Counted from the first letter of the stretch, positions 32,413 through 44,065 are shown. The stretch is 64,000 bases of DNA from Perkinsela sp. CCAP 1560/9 (GCA_965644495.1 CBFFSA010000002.1:248001-312000); one strand, 5' to 3'. Notes: generated by a model from the letters alone, not told the origin. Made by a program: numbers and translations.

Positions 32413-34725
32413 TTAGAGGATATTCAAAAGCGCGTGATCCTCATTAATTGCATAGGTTTCGGACAGCAACGAATCATGTGGTGAATCAGATTCGTTAATG
32501 CGAAAGGGATATGCTCCCGGATATTTTTCAAAATGTTTCCGAATGTCTTCATACGAATTTGATTCCACAATGCAAATGCCTTGTGCTCCAGAAGTTTTCG
32601 GCAAAGAAGATAATATGTCTCTACAGTGTTGCGCTATATGACCTTTTCGAGAAAGTATATAAACCTCGCATTCGGGATTTAAGTCGTGAATCATATTAGC
32701 AATAGCAAGAAGCCTCATTGCAGTCCCGTGTCCACGAGATTTGGTAAAACCAGGCTCCTTCATACTCAAAGCTTGCTCCACCGGTTTCGTATTCTCTTTT
32801 TCGTATTTGCCTTTGTGACTTTGACACAATGTCCTTGTGTCACTGAGTGACGCACTAGAGGTAGAAAAACTTGAAGGCCGAATTCCAAAATCACTTTTTG
32901 AAGCAGTGTCCCTTAATCCAAGCAGAACACGTTCATTTTTTTCTTTCGGTGCACAGACGCGCTGTGACGATCGAAATCCTTCGAAAAGATTCTCAGTAAA
33001 CGATGATAATTTCTGGGAATGTCCGTAAAAATGCCTATGAGCACGAAGCTGATCAATGAACGACATTATATAAAGCTTTTTGTTTAGTTTACCGTGATTT
33101 TTTTGAGATAGAACTTTCATCTGACGAGAGTACGTCTCGCTCTCTTTATTCAAATGCAGTTTTTTTGCCTTTTCATGCAAGCAGAAAAGATTTCGCACGT
33201 GTGTATACGGTACGAGCAAAGTATCAAAAATGGAGCCCAGTTCTCTTGCATTTAACTCAGGACTTACATAGAGGTGTGAGTCGAGAACAGCGACTCGTCC
33301 TTCGACTATAATACGCTTGTGTTCAGAACCAAAAACACAGATGCCAGATGTAATCATTGGAATTGCTGGGGCGAGATACTCCTGCAATTGTATAGCGACG
33401 TACAGTGCCGCGTCCGCATCTTTCATCTTAAGAAGAACATCAAGAATTGCTTCATAAAGAGTACTAAGTGAAAGTTCATTGCTCTGCACGCATTCTAAAA
33501 GACTACGTTGTCGTATTCGCATGAAAAATTCCATTGCCTCATTAATTCTTGGAGGGATGATCTCATTCTTCGTAACCAAGTTAGTATCTGCAGAAGAACG
33601 ACAGAGCATTGCATAGAGCATAGCGTAAAGCAATGATCGCGGGGCTGTAATTTTATGATCACATGCCAGGCGAAGAATACTCGACAGTTTAGATATGTCT
33701 GTACGACAACAAGAAACAAGAATGTCAAGCGTCTCTGGTGTAAGCACGCGGTGCTTCAATGATTGTTCTACTCCATGAGATACCAGAGAAAACGCCTTTC
33801 GCCAGTGACCCCCCGATGCTACAATCTCTAGACATGCATTACGCATCGATGTTGAACGATCCACTGATGGAACGGCATTGTAGAGCTTGAGGGCTCTGAT
33901 CAAGAGTTCATGCCTTATCCAATTTTGGTCAGCTGTACTAGAAGGAGTGCAAAATTCTTGACGTCGGTCTTGCTGAGATACTCGCAAACCGATTTCATGA
34001 AGGCTACGATTGATTACATGAAAAATTTCAGCTACTAGATGGGCGTCACCACTTTTGGCATCCTGAAGTTCTGTGCCTTCCTCTTCGTATGAGTAAGTTG
34101 GGTTTGATGTAGTCAACGATCTGCACTTTGAATGCTCCTGATAGGCAAGCACCTGTAAACTTAAATTCAGAGCATACGATAACGCAGTTTTCCATGGTGC
34201 GTGATTTCGAAGCGCTACTAGGGAAGAGTGCTGCGCTTGCACATTGGCTCTGCCGAGCTCGGATTCCATTTCCGAGAGAACACTGAGCACTTCTTGCCAA
34301 AGTCCAGCGCAGCGATACGCACCAATGAGTGCAGTATAATGATGTGAGCTAATCACGTTTTTCGGATTATTCGTTAAAATATTCCAATATTCAAGTGCCC
34401 ATTTCCATTCGCCTCTCGAAACAACTGAGGTCATGAGTGTTCCTAAGTGCAGACTGTTTAGCACTCTCCCGTATTCATCTGACCACAGGTCAGCAATTTG
34501 TTTGCATTTGCTAATTTGATTTTTTTTTCGAAGGTAAATAAAAATGCCATGAAGGACTTTCTGAGTAAGCTCACCACTTGAAACAGCGCGCTGCATAATA
34601 GAGCTCACATCGGAAACGGAGCAAGCACTAAGTGCGTGGGAAAGAGGCAGTCTACGAACACCTAACTTATGGTGCGCGAATATTTTGGTAGGTACCGCTC
34701 CTTTAAGAATTCCTTGGCGAACCAT
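32413..34725 (-). CDS. Pentatricopeptide-repeat-like protein, probably mitochondrial
   Basis: YTALIGAYRCAGLWQEVLSVLSEM and related helical repeats. Confidence 0.7.
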   Translation of the reverse strand: MVRQGILKGAVPTKIFAHHKLGVRRLPLSHALSACSVSDVSSIMQRAVSSGELTQKVLHGIFIYLRKKNQISKCKQIADLWSDEYGRVLNSLHLGTLMTSVVSRGEWKWALEYWNILTNNPKNVISSHHYTALIGAYRCAGLWQEVLSVLSEMESELGRANVQAQHSSLVALRNHAPWKTALSYALNLSLQVLAYQEHSKCRSLTTSNPTYSYEEEGTELQDAKSGDAHLVAEIFHVINRSLHEIGLRVSQQDRRQEFCTPSSTADQNWIRHELLIRALKLYNAVPSVDRSTSMRNACLEIVASGGHWRKAFSLVSHGVEQSLKHRVLTPETLDILVSCCRTDISKLSSILRLACDHKITAPRSLLYAMLYAMLCRSSADTNLVTKNEIIPPRINEAMEFFMRIRQRSLLECVQSNELSLSTLYEAILDVLLKMKDADAALYVAIQLQEYLAPAIPMITSGICVFGSEHKRIIVEGRVAVLDSHLYVSPELNARELGSIFDTLLVPYTHVRNLFCLHEKAKKLHLNKESETYSRQMKVLSQKNHGKLNKKLYIMSFIDQLRAHRHFYGHSQKLSSFTENLFEGFRSSQRVCAPKEKNERVLLGLRDTASKSDFGIRPSSFSTSSASLSDTRTLCQSHKGKYEKENTKPVEQALSMKEPGFTKSRGHGTAMRLLAIANMIHDLNPECEVYILSRKGHIAQHCRDILSSLPKTSGAQGICIVESNSYEDIRKHFEKYPGAYPFRINESDSPHDSLLSETYAINEDHALLNIL

Positions 34726-35294
34726 TTTTGCGTTCTATTACATGTACATTTGCATATGGTATAGCACTGGTAAAATGTTTCATAGTTGTCGTTCAAATTG
34801 CCAGATTGTTACGCTCAAAAGATCTTATAAAAGTAGTTTGGTATAAAAATTGCAAAATTGTAAAAGATCAAAACAGAAAATCAGGTGTTCGCCTTTGTGC
34901 AGTGCTCCAAAATACAGTTGTGTTACCTGGTGAGAAGTATGATCGGATGAAGTTTTGAGGAGCAAATACATTTAACATTTCACTTGGTTCGTTACCAATT
35001 CGCAATCCGATTGACTCTTTCTAATTTTTAGGGACACACCATTGAATCTAATATAATTTGTACAAATCTAACTCTAGGGGACGAGGAGTAAAAAGTAGAG
35101 CACAACAAACAAAATACATTAACTCTTGCAAAAATCAATAGACGCTATACGCACGTACAAACTGGATGGCATTAATATAAATGTGTGTGTGATTAAGTTC
35201 AACAAGTTTATTGATGTTAAAAGACCTGAAATAACTTTTATTAAGATATGCAAAACGTAAAACCGAAATCAGCGCTTTGAGTCCAAGAAGCCAT

Positions 35295-36560
35295 TCAAAT
35301 TCGTCTTTTCTCTTCGAAATACACGTCTGAAGGTCCAGAAAGAAACATTGATAAACCATGAGTTCTAAGTGTGTGTCCTCTGGATTTACCGTAATAAAGT
35401 ATAAGTCGATTTAGTATCTCACGTTCCAAAGAGCTGCTTCGCACTGCTTTAGAAGGAAACAACTCCCTTTGCCGTCGTAGCGCAGTAATGATGTCGTACA
35501 TCCTTTCCCTGGCCTCTTCATGATGAGGGTATTCCGGATATGCAAGAGGCTCATTAAACAAACACAATTCCTTTTGCATGTCTTTGACTTCATGATAAAT
35601 TTCTTCAACACCTATCGTAGAAAGCACAGATATATCAGAAGGACATTCGTCGGAGTGTTGCGCTCGACTGTCATACCTTTCCAGATGATTTCTGGCAATA
35701 TCCAACGGACATGGATTGATCATTGAGGAAGATGAAATCAATCCCTCCCAAGGACAGTAGGTTTGAAACGCCACAACATTACGGGTGACGTTACGCACCG
35801 CATACAGAACATCAATGTTAGCACAACAACACGCATCGAAGTAGAGGCAATCAAGGTGAACGCCGAGCTCTTCAAGGGTTCGACCAATTTCACGAATCCC
35901 CAAAGAATGATCCCCATCGGAGAGGTCATCACAGTGTAAATGGTATCCTGTGCTGTGACTACAAAAGAAAAGATGACGCAGACGGGAGAGATCCCCGAGG
36001 TGGGTGGAGAGAAACCAACGTAGTGTCGCGGCGGAGCTCATCACGGAGGGAAGCTTGACGCTCTCGTGAAGCACACGATCGTTGCGGGCCTTGTACAGCG
36101 TCGATTGACCCAGTCGAGAGAGAAGCACGACATATCGACCATTGGAGGGTAAGAGTTGAGAGCACAGTTTGTGTCGAATGTCGTGATGGACGTGCTGCTC
36201 TGGCCAATTGTCTGCGCCATAGTAAAATGCGGTTGTGGAGAGTGTCTCGGAGGGGGAAGAATTTGTGGAAAGTTGAGGGAAACGCTCGCAACATTTCAAA
36301 TGAGAAGAGGGCCCCGCCTTAGTGAGATTAAGGGGTCGTAGACTATCTTCTACGAATGACGCGCAGGGAAGACTTAGCGGCGAGGAAAATCGCGAAGAAA
36401 ACGTGCACAACGAACGCGACTCTGCTTCTTTGTGTATAGCGACTTGCGAAATTGGCGGGTCGCAGTATCCGCGGACCCCAAACGACATAAGGCGTTTTCT
36501 GGATACTATATTCGAAGGATGGCACCTTTCGCGTATCCCAAAATTAGGTATAAACTTCAT
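35295..36560 (-). CDS. Clostripain-family (C11) cysteine peptidase, PNT1-like
   Basis: YYGADN, CSHSTG (His), LYFDACCCAN (Cys); presequence-like N-terminus; first ATG at 36560. Confidence 0.75.
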   Translation of the reverse strand: MKFIPNFGIRERCHPSNIVSRKRLMSFGVRGYCDPPISQVAIHKEAESRSLCTFSSRFSSPLSLPCASFVEDSLRPLNLTKAGPSSHLKCCERFPQLSTNSSPSETLSTTAFYYGADNWPEQHVHHDIRHKLCSQLLPSNGRYVVLLSRLGQSTLYKARNDRVLHESVKLPSVMSSAATLRWFLSTHLGDLSRLRHLFFCSHSTGYHLHCDDLSDGDHSLGIREIGRTLEELGVHLDCLYFDACCCANIDVLYAVRNVTRNVVAFQTYCPWEGLISSSSMINPCPLDIARNHLERYDSRAQHSDECPSDISVLSTIGVEEIYHEVKDMQKELCLFNEPLAYPEYPHHEEARERMYDIITALRRQRELFPSKAVRSSSLEREILNRLILYYGKSRGHTLRTHGLSMFLSGPSDVYFEEKRRI

Positions 36561-36744
36561 GGAGAAAATGCTGTATGTAAACAAAAATGGTAGGTTTGTG
36601 TAAATATTATATTTATTGCAGAAATAGTATTAAACTACACCAATGTAATAAAAAAAGGAAGCGCTCACTATCATACTAACACTCTCAGAAATGGTTCAGT
36701 AATTTTTTTTAATGATTTGAATAATGTTTTTACAACCATTTCAT

Positions 36745-37359
36745 TCAACCTTGATTAATCCTATTTAAATTTCCCGAGGCAACAGATTTTGCATAGCCCC
36801 TCATTTCATCGTTTTCAGAAGACTCAAGTTCTTTCAGTTCATCGTCGTCGAGGAACTCCTTCCACGTATTTTTCAAATCCTGAGGTGCAATCTTCGAGAC
36901 GGGATTACCATATTCCCCAAATTTGCGTAACTCGCTAATCATGGTATCAACGTATGAGGTAGATGTATCTTGTACTTGATATGGATCAGCTTGGTGAGGC
37001 GGAGGTGAGATCCCACTGCTCACCAATTCTAGCAGAGACCGAAATGCCATGGGCTCATATCGGGCCAAAGTTATCAAGGATATGGGAAGAAAACCTATTT
37101 TCTGCCTAGCGATGTCGTTTATGGCTCTAACGTAGTCGGTTCCATGCTCATAAAAAGCGCCCTGAAGCAAGGACCGTCGCAGCCCCCTCTCATAACGGCT
37201 TTTTAAATATAAGCGATAGTTAGTGGTGATGCGGAGATGAGCACGTACGTAGGTGATTCCTATTCTCGATTCATGCTTGCCTCGACCAGTTAGAAGACGA
37301 GACATTTCGAAAAGCTCCCTTTTTCCATAGTACAATGCGGTACGCGTAAGGGAGAACAT
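36745..37359 (-). CDS. MRPL20: Mitochondrial ribosomal protein bL20m
   Basis: EHGTDY..I..I..LITLARYEPMAFRSLLE matches the L20 C-terminal domain; presequence MFSLTR. Confidence 0.75.
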   Translation of the reverse strand: MFSLTRTALYYGKRELFEMSRLLTGRGKHESRIGITYVRAHLRITTNYRLYLKSRYERGLRRSLLQGAFYEHGTDYVRAINDIARQKIGFLPISLITLARYEPMAFRSLLELVSSGISPPPHQADPYQVQDTSTSYVDTMISELRKFGEYGNPVSKIAPQDLKNTWKEFLDDDELKELESSENDEMRGYAKSVASGNLNRINQG

Positions 37360-37744
37360 TGGAAGGATGCTTTCAAATTATTTATTATTAAAGCCAAGAC
37401 TCGAATATAGCCTTTAGAAATTAACAATATAAGATTAAAACAACAGTTGCAATGAATTGATTTACTCTGAAACATGCAGCACTTATCAAATTAATACACC
37501 TTATATCAAATTAATATAAGGCATATCAAGTTTCGGACGCTTTACGTAGCACTGACCCGAAAAACCTATTAGAGCTACATCCACACTGTACATCCACACT
37601 GTAAGTGTGTGATTCAACTCATTTTTTCAACTAACACACAAGCCCATTTAGTAAGTACACCCCATGATTTCCCGAGAACATGAGCACGCGTTGACTAGAT
37701 TCTTATACCAATTTTGGACAAAGTTTATGTTTCAGTTTTACTTA

Positions 37745-39820
37745 TTAGAATAGCCACCAAGGATTAGTCTCTCCCAGCGTATCAGTCGAAGCCGTATCAT
37801 GTAGTTGACTATCTACGGAGGGTTCGTGTAATTGACTCTCCGCTCTAGGTACGTGAGTATTCGCCAAAGAGACATTTGCCTCCTCTGCACGTTCACTGAG
37901 AATTGACGCTGCTTGGCCCGGTAATTCGTGTTCGGTCGAGAGCTTATCTTCATCCGTGCGATTAGAGGCCACTAAATCAAATTTCAATTCGCTTTCGGAT
38001 TTATCTTCCACAATACATGGAGGAGAAACATCGCGCGACGGCTCCGCGCTTCCCATAAGTTGTACGTGAGCCGCAGTGCCAAATCTAGTTCTAGATTCTG
38101 TGTATTTCTGAGTCACGACATCATTTTGGTTTTGTGGAGGCGTATAATTTGAGTCGACTTGAGTGCGTGATTCGACTTCGTTCTCATTAGATGTCAAAAA
38201 AATGTTAGAAGAGAGCGTCCGTAGAATGTTTGTAGAAATAGACTTTTGTTCTTCGATAGTTTCGTATAGTTCCTTTGCTTGTGATGAGTGAGTCGTGCCT
38301 ATCGAGCCGAACGCGTCAGAAAGAGTCTCAATATTTGATGCCAACAATTCCAAAGCAAAGCACGCTTGATCCAATTTTCGTTTTATATTTTCAGTAAAAG
38401 AAGAGAGAGCTTCTTCTTGCTGAAAGTTTTGGCGATGCACTTCCAAGTTTGATTTCAGCGTGTCATAAAATTTCTGATTAGAAGTGTTGTATTGTAGTGC
38501 CCGATTTAAGTTAGAGATTTCACCTTGTAGTGCGTAACGCTCCGCGTTCCATGCTTCTTTTGCGACGTTCAGCATCGTTTCTGTTACTTTAGTGTTAACT
38601 GTTTCATTTGAGCTACGATTACCACCTCCCAAAGAACTCGAGTCAGTAGGGCAATGTTCATATCGGTTTGTCACAAGCACCGTTCTTTCCCTTCTTTCTG
38701 GGACAATATTATTGGCTTGATACTCTTCAGTATCCGAGATTAAGCTACTTGCACTTTCGTTCGCCAAATTAGAATCGTTCAATGAATTCTCATTTACCGC
38801 AATTGTATCCCGGGATGAATACAGAAACGCATCAGCCGCGCTTGAAATATCTTTGCCTTCTTCTGTATCACTGGGTTCTTCTGATCTGTGTTGCACCAGA
38901 TTAGACGAACCAGTTCCCTCACAATTTTGAACAGTATTTCTGCTCGCGCGTAGTATACGAACTTCGGACTCCAAATCCAAAATATTGCGACTTAATCCTG
39001 CCACTCGAGCAGGGTCGCAAGTTTTTAGTATAGCTGCCCGAGTTTCGGTATACTCACTGCACTTCTTCTTTTCTACCGCAAGCTGCGACTCAAGCATCGT
39101 GCAAGATTCCCGGAATTGATCACGTTCCTTGGTCAGGTTCGAAATTTCGTCGTGCCCATTGAACCAGAATCTGAGCAATTCGGTTGGATTTAAGCCGCGA
39201 CGTGTGAAAAATTCTATAGGATGGGCTGAAAGTTTTTGACGAGTTCTTTTTCTTGAAGAATGCGACGCTTCAGCAGCTGCAACATCGGTCTCGGCGAAAT
39301 TTAATTCATCTATTTCTTGTAGTTCTTTGCACGCTATTTTGACAGCGGCAAGTTCCTCTTTCAGAGAAGTTATTTCGGCCTGTTTGGAAGAAAGTACCCG
39401 CTCCACATCCGTGTAGCGCATACGCAATTCTTCTAGTTCATTTTTGAGAGTCTCTCGGTCCATAAGAATACCTCGAATGTTCTGGGTTGCAAGAAGAATC
39501 TCTTCGTTCGCGCATGACTCAGAATGCCGGAGTTTATTAAATATTTCCCTAATACGAATGCAATTTTCTTCGAAGAAAGAACATTGCGACGAATCATTTG
39601 TGCTACCGTCAGATAAGTTGCTTTTGGAATTCTCTACAATTTCATTCGAATCTCTCTGAAGCAATCTTTGAGTGTGCGTTGCAATTGCACCAATGTTATG
39701 GGCTTCCTCTAGACCGGCAGTGGGTAGAATTTTCTCTGGAAAGTGGTGCTCTGATATACTTGACCCTGTGACTACTTCCACTTCTCTCGATTCTATATTT
39801 TCTTGACTTTCGTAATTCAT
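37745..39820 (-). CDS. Hypothetical coiled-coil protein
   Basis: 691-aa ORF with heptad-rich segments. Confidence 0.7.
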   Translation of the reverse strand: MNYESQENIESREVEVVTGSSISEHHFPEKILPTAGLEEAHNIGAIATHTQRLLQRDSNEIVENSKSNLSDGSTNDSSQCSFFEENCIRIREIFNKLRHSESCANEEILLATQNIRGILMDRETLKNELEELRMRYTDVERVLSSKQAEITSLKEELAAVKIACKELQEIDELNFAETDVAAAEASHSSRKRTRQKLSAHPIEFFTRRGLNPTELLRFWFNGHDEISNLTKERDQFRESCTMLESQLAVEKKKCSEYTETRAAILKTCDPARVAGLSRNILDLESEVRILRASRNTVQNCEGTGSSNLVQHRSEEPSDTEEGKDISSAADAFLYSSRDTIAVNENSLNDSNLANESASSLISDTEEYQANNIVPERRERTVLVTNRYEHCPTDSSSLGGGNRSSNETVNTKVTETMLNVAKEAWNAERYALQGEISNLNRALQYNTSNQKFYDTLKSNLEVHRQNFQQEEALSSFTENIKRKLDQACFALELLASNIETLSDAFGSIGTTHSSQAKELYETIEEQKSISTNILRTLSSNIFLTSNENEVESRTQVDSNYTPPQNQNDVVTQKYTESRTRFGTAAHVQLMGSAEPSRDVSPPCIVEDKSESELKFDLVASNRTDEDKLSTEHELPGQAASILSERAEEANVSLANTHVPRAESQLHEPSVDSQLHDTASTDTLGETNPWWLF

Positions 39821-40376
39821 GGAATAATGCTCAAGGTAGATTTATTATAGACCGAAAAAGGAAGGCTACAATCATTAGAAAAAAGAAATGCCATCAGAGA
39901 GCATCTGTACAGTAGGATAAAAGAACGAAATCGTGATATATTAGAGGGTCGAAACCTATGACAGGCAATGTTCTTTGAGACGTTTAGTATATAATAAAGT
40001 TTGTAAATAATAAAAACCGTATTAGGACCATTTTTGAAAAATCATTTTTTCGTCAAATATTTGTACCTACCGCCCGAGAGCGAGTAAGAGGAAAAGAGTA
40101 AGAGAAAGGTAGACTAACCTTTCCTTTGCGTACTGTTTTCTTTATGATATTTCCTCTATGATATTTTTAATATTTAGAGCAAGTTGATAAATGCTATCCA
40201 GTAAATTACGCACATTTGCAAAGTACAACGAATTCAAACAAAAAGATACGGGAAGCAATGGTGCAACTCAGAAAAATATAATGTTTGGAATTTCAAAATT
40301 TGAAAGGCAAGATACTAACAAAAAATAGAATGCAAGATGGTAAAAAATTAAAAGACAAGATTCTAAAAATCATCTT

Positions 40377-41705
40377 TTATAAAAATTCCTTAAAGGATAC
40401 TGAAACCCTAAGAGGAAGAACGCCACGTACATCCGGGATCAACACCAACTCTTCGAGCATATCACACACCAGGGGCAATGCATTATCACGCATCTCATAA
40501 AAAAGTTCTTTCGACGTGAAGTTTCCTTTATCCATCACACCCACTGATCTTTCTACTGCATCCGGGCTCTCCACCTCCTCTTCTCCAGACTCCACCCTCT
40601 CACTCCTGTCTGGCAAGCCTGGAAATCGAAATTGGGGAACAATCAACGAATTCCCACCACTTTCTTCGGCACTGCAATCCAGCTGATCCACCAACACCGT
40701 ACGTTGTGGGACAACCCTCACCCCCTCCCCCCTCCTCCTCCGTACCCATGGAATTCCCAAAGGACGAAACCCCTCGCCTCCCGGTGTGGAATCCCACAAC
40801 ACAGAGAGCCGCTTTCCCCCAGAAGGGTGAGCCGCATCCAACCTCTCCGAGACCTTTTCGAGGTTTCTCCCATCTTCCCCTGTTGGTTCTTCTACAAGAC
40901 CCGAACACCTTTCTTCCTGGGCCAAACTATACCGCGTGGGATCCTGGAGTCTTTCCACCCATTGTGCACTATTCGGACTACTTACCTCTTCCATGGATTC
41001 CCACAAAGCACCAGGAGACGAGTTTGCCGTGTTTACAAAACACTCCTTACCGATAATGATGTCGAAATAGGGTCGCAAGTCAATGAACAGAGATTTGAGA
41101 ATCTGTATGAGTTCATCGGTACAGTAGGAAAGGCTACAGAGTCCAATTTGATAGGTTCGGCTTATTGTTCCTTCGGTTCTGTTCATTTCTTCGTCTTTGT
41201 TTAATCCTTTATTTTTGCTCCTTCCTTTGTTTTTTCTTATTTCTTCCTTCTTGCTCATGCCCTCGTTTTCGCTCCTTCTTATGAATTTATTTCTATATGT
41301 ACGTGCGTTGTGTAGTCTACGTAGACAGGAAATAGTATGGGGACGTAACCAGAGGTAATGAGTTTCTCGTATCAAAGGGGTGGGGTGGATGCCATGGGAG
41401 GTGAGGTGGTAGGCCCCATGGGGTTGGGTCCAGGAGAGGAAAGGTTTTAAAATATCACTGGGACGTACGGATTGGCGAAAAGTAGTACAGGGTGTAATTT
41501 TGTAGAGGGGCGTACGGCGGGTGTGAGGACAGATCTTGGGAGACGTATGAGCTTGTGGCAGGTGTTGAGAAAAGGAGCCGGAGCTCAAAGTTTCGATTAA
41601 AGTCCCTCGGAGGCCAAAAAGAACAAGGAGGGGCGTGCTGTGTGGGGTAAAGGGGAGAGTTCTAGAGCCGGGGGTAGAGGTGGGTGAAGAGGAGGGGTTC
41701 GGCAT
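40377..41705 (-). CDS. NIF/FCP1-like HAD-fold protein with degenerate active site
   Basis: LLVLFGLRGTLI (cf. LVLDLDETL), WLRPH, RTVLVD, NSLIVPQF; first ATG at 41705. Confidence 0.6.
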   Translation of the reverse strand: MPNPSSSPTSTPGSRTLPFTPHSTPLLVLFGLRGTLIETLSSGSFSQHLPQAHTSPKICPHTRRTPLYKITPCTTFRQSVRPSDILKPFLSWTQPHGAYHLTSHGIHPTPLIRETHYLWLRPHTISCLRRLHNARTYRNKFIRRSENEGMSKKEEIRKNKGRSKNKGLNKDEEMNRTEGTISRTYQIGLCSLSYCTDELIQILKSLFIDLRPYFDIIIGKECFVNTANSSPGALWESMEEVSSPNSAQWVERLQDPTRYSLAQEERCSGLVEEPTGEDGRNLEKVSERLDAAHPSGGKRLSVLWDSTPGGEGFRPLGIPWVRRRRGEGVRVVPQRTVLVDQLDCSAEESGGNSLIVPQFRFPGLPDRSERVESGEEEVESPDAVERSVGVMDKGNFTSKELFYEMRDNALPLVCDMLEELVLIPDVRGVLPLRVSVSFKEFL

Positions 41706-41720
41706 CAAAATTTCAGGTGT
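40540..41720. other. C-to-G skew-switch island 3 (weaker)
   Basis: Plus strand C-rich ~40540-41000, G-rich ~41370-41720, with an AT-rich middle. Confidence 0.55.
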
Positions 41721-42054
41721 AGGGAATGCGTTTGATCTGGTCAATGGCTCAAGGTGATGTTCCTATCACTCTATTGTTCTTGGCTATAGTCATACCGTAA
41801 AATTCCATACTATTCGCTGTACATGTGCTCTATTTTTTCTCTCTCAAGATAAAGAACAAGATTTAAAACTACATTGAATATGTGGAATAATTCATGCTGT
41901 GCAAAGCACATCTGGACATCAAAATAAATTCACATCATCACTATGTTGTCAGTTGATGGCCAGTGGCGCATAAGTTCTCAACACGCATAAGAATGTTCAG
42001 ACTTGAAACAAAAGTAGTATAAAATAACCAAAGGTTTGTCAAGCTGTGGCTGTA

Positions 42055-42495
42055 TTACTGAGGGCGGTGTTTGTGTCGGTGATAATATCTACGTCTCAAC
42101 TCCGCATCGCTCAACCCTCCCCGAGTTGTACGTCTTTTTTCTCCTTCTACCCGCTCCTTCTCTAGCTCCTCTCGAAGCTTGGTGTCGGGGAATGGGCTTT
42201 GTCTAAAATTTAGCTGCGGATAGCGGAACAGTACGTTGCCAAGTGCTGCCTTACGAGTAATGAAACACCGATTGCAGAGTGTATCTGCCATTATGAATGC
42301 CGACTTAGAAATGATGTACTGTTGGCAGGAGGAGCACTGCTTGCGACAGCCTACGCAACACACAATGTCGGGATTCTCACGAATGGCCTTCGGGTTGGCT
42401 ATATTGGCCAGTGGAAGTAAGCGATTGCAGTAGTTGCATTTTACACTAAAGCGTCCCCCAATCAGTTTTAAGAAAGTACGTCTAAACAGTGACAT
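42055..42495 (-). CDS. Small Cys-rich (zinc-binding) protein with mitochondrial-type presequence
   Basis: MSLFRRTFLK; four CxxC pairs. Confidence 0.65.
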   Translation of the reverse strand: MSLFRRTFLKLIGGRFSVKCNYCNRLLPLANIANPKAIRENPDIVCCVGCRKQCSSCQQYIISKSAFIMADTLCNRCFITRKAALGNVLFRYPQLNFRQSPFPDTKLREELEKERVEGEKRRTTRGGLSDAELRRRYYHRHKHRPQ

Positions 42496-42803
42496 TCAGG
42501 ATCGTAAATTCCGTGTGATTGTTAACATCCATTATTTGCATGCTAAATGGTGTATCAGTGAGATACTTTTGTAAATATTAGGAATGCCGTGACACACCAA
42601 AAAAGATGAAGCAAATAGTAAAGTGTAAAGAAAATTTCGTAACTGTGCGTACATGCACCTATAAAAATGTAATGTACAACAATGTATGTAGCAACTAATG
42701 TATGTACTTACTGACCGAGTCTTGTGTCAACTGGTTCCTTCACCTAGCCCTAAGAAAAACTGTGACCTGCATTCGGGTGAAATTTGGCAGAACGAGTTCA
42801 GGA

Positions 42804-43922
42804 TTACCCCCTTTTCCAAAGCGAAACAAAGGGATTGGTTTCTGGTATAGGAATTAAGTTCCACAAGTCAGGTGAGGCTGAATCCGTGTGTGAGTTTAAT
42901 TTTTCTAAAGAGGCGTCTAGGGAACTTTGTTCCACTTTCACTCCGAACCTTCGCGGATTGGATTCCTGTTTGTCCAGTGTTGTGCTCCCCCGCGAGGCCT
43001 CTCGTAGCCACACCGTTTGCGCACGACTCATCAGTTCAATAGACTGAATATAAATGAGTTCATCGACCAGGGAGCTCACCACGTACTGACTGATCGCTTG
43101 GTCCGGACCCGATAGCATTGCACTTTCTCCCGGACTGGGCATCATAAAGTCACAAAACCCTAACTTCCCCACCAGGGTGCGTATTCGATAGGCTCGCTCC
43201 ATCCACTGGCGTCCTTTAGACACCCTACTCCCCTCCTTCACCAAGGTTTCAAGCGAGAGCTGCGACCAGACAAGTTCCATATTATACGGGGACTCGGACA
43301 GCTGCGCTAGAGCGCTGTAGTCATCCGCGGTGCCATAGGGGAACAACCCCATCAGTCGTGGCACCATAAGTTGTTGAATCACATATGTGCCATTATTCGC
43401 CTTGTCATTTTCCACCCGCCAGTCCGCCGTTAGCACCCCTCTTTTCATTAAAAACGCAATCCCGGATAGCAATCTCTCCCGTCGAATCCGATCCCGCACA
43501 TCATGACACTTCAACGCATCCCCCGCAGCTTTCCGAAACATCCCCGAGCGGAGCACCCCCACCCGATCCCACCGCTCCGGGGGGCACAGCGAGGTGTAGA
43601 CCAGTTCCAGCGCCCGGTGGTCGCGTTTCCCCACGTGGTAGCCCCAGTAGTTGTACGGTACCCCACACAGCACACACCGCCCGTCACGCTCCCATGCGGG
43701 GGTGACCCGACGACGGCCACTGGGGAAGGCGGGGGCGGGGAACGTCGCGGGCTCCACCTCGGGGAAGTGAGCCCGGGACACGGTGAGATATTTCGCCGAG
43801 GGTTGGGGGAGCAAGGAGGGGATGTGGGAGGCGGGGGGCGGGGGAGGGGAGGGTGGGGCGCTGTTGAGGTGAGAGCGTAGGACGGGGAGGTCGCAGTAGC
43901 GGTAGGGGTGGCGCAGTACCAT
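42804..43922 (-). CDS. KREPB-like RNA-editing protein (U1-like zinc finger plus degenerate RNase III-like region)
   Basis: CVLC-x8-HVGKRDH finger followed by NGTYVIQQL..RLMGLFP; architecture resembles editosome B-family proteins. Confidence 0.55.
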   Translation of the reverse strand: MVLRHPYRYCDLPVLRSHLNSAPPSPPPPPASHIPSLLPQPSAKYLTVSRAHFPEVEPATFPAPAFPSGRRRVTPAWERDGRCVLCGVPYNYWGYHVGKRDHRALELVYTSLCPPERWDRVGVLRSGMFRKAAGDALKCHDVRDRIRRERLLSGIAFLMKRGVLTADWRVENDKANNGTYVIQQLMVPRLMGLFPYGTADDYSALAQLSESPYNMELVWSQLSLETLVKEGSRVSKGRQWMERAYRIRTLVGKLGFCDFMMPSPGESAMLSGPDQAISQYVVSSLVDELIYIQSIELMSRAQTVWLREASRGSTTLDKQESNPRRFGVKVEQSSLDASLEKLNSHTDSASPDLWNLIPIPETNPFVSLWKRG

Positions 43923-44065
43923 GGGGGAGAGAGGCTGGGGGGAAGGTGGAAAGGGGGAGAGGGGGTTGGTTTTGGAGGCCGTGGGGGTAGTGGGTTCGTA
44001 GCGTGGTAGTCGTTGCGAAGGGGTGCGTGGTGACTAATGACGGACTCGGGGTAGGGGGGGAGAGG
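43400..44065. other. C-to-G skew-switch island 4
   Basis: Plus strand C-rich ~43400-43695, G-rich ~43700-44065. Confidence 0.8.
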
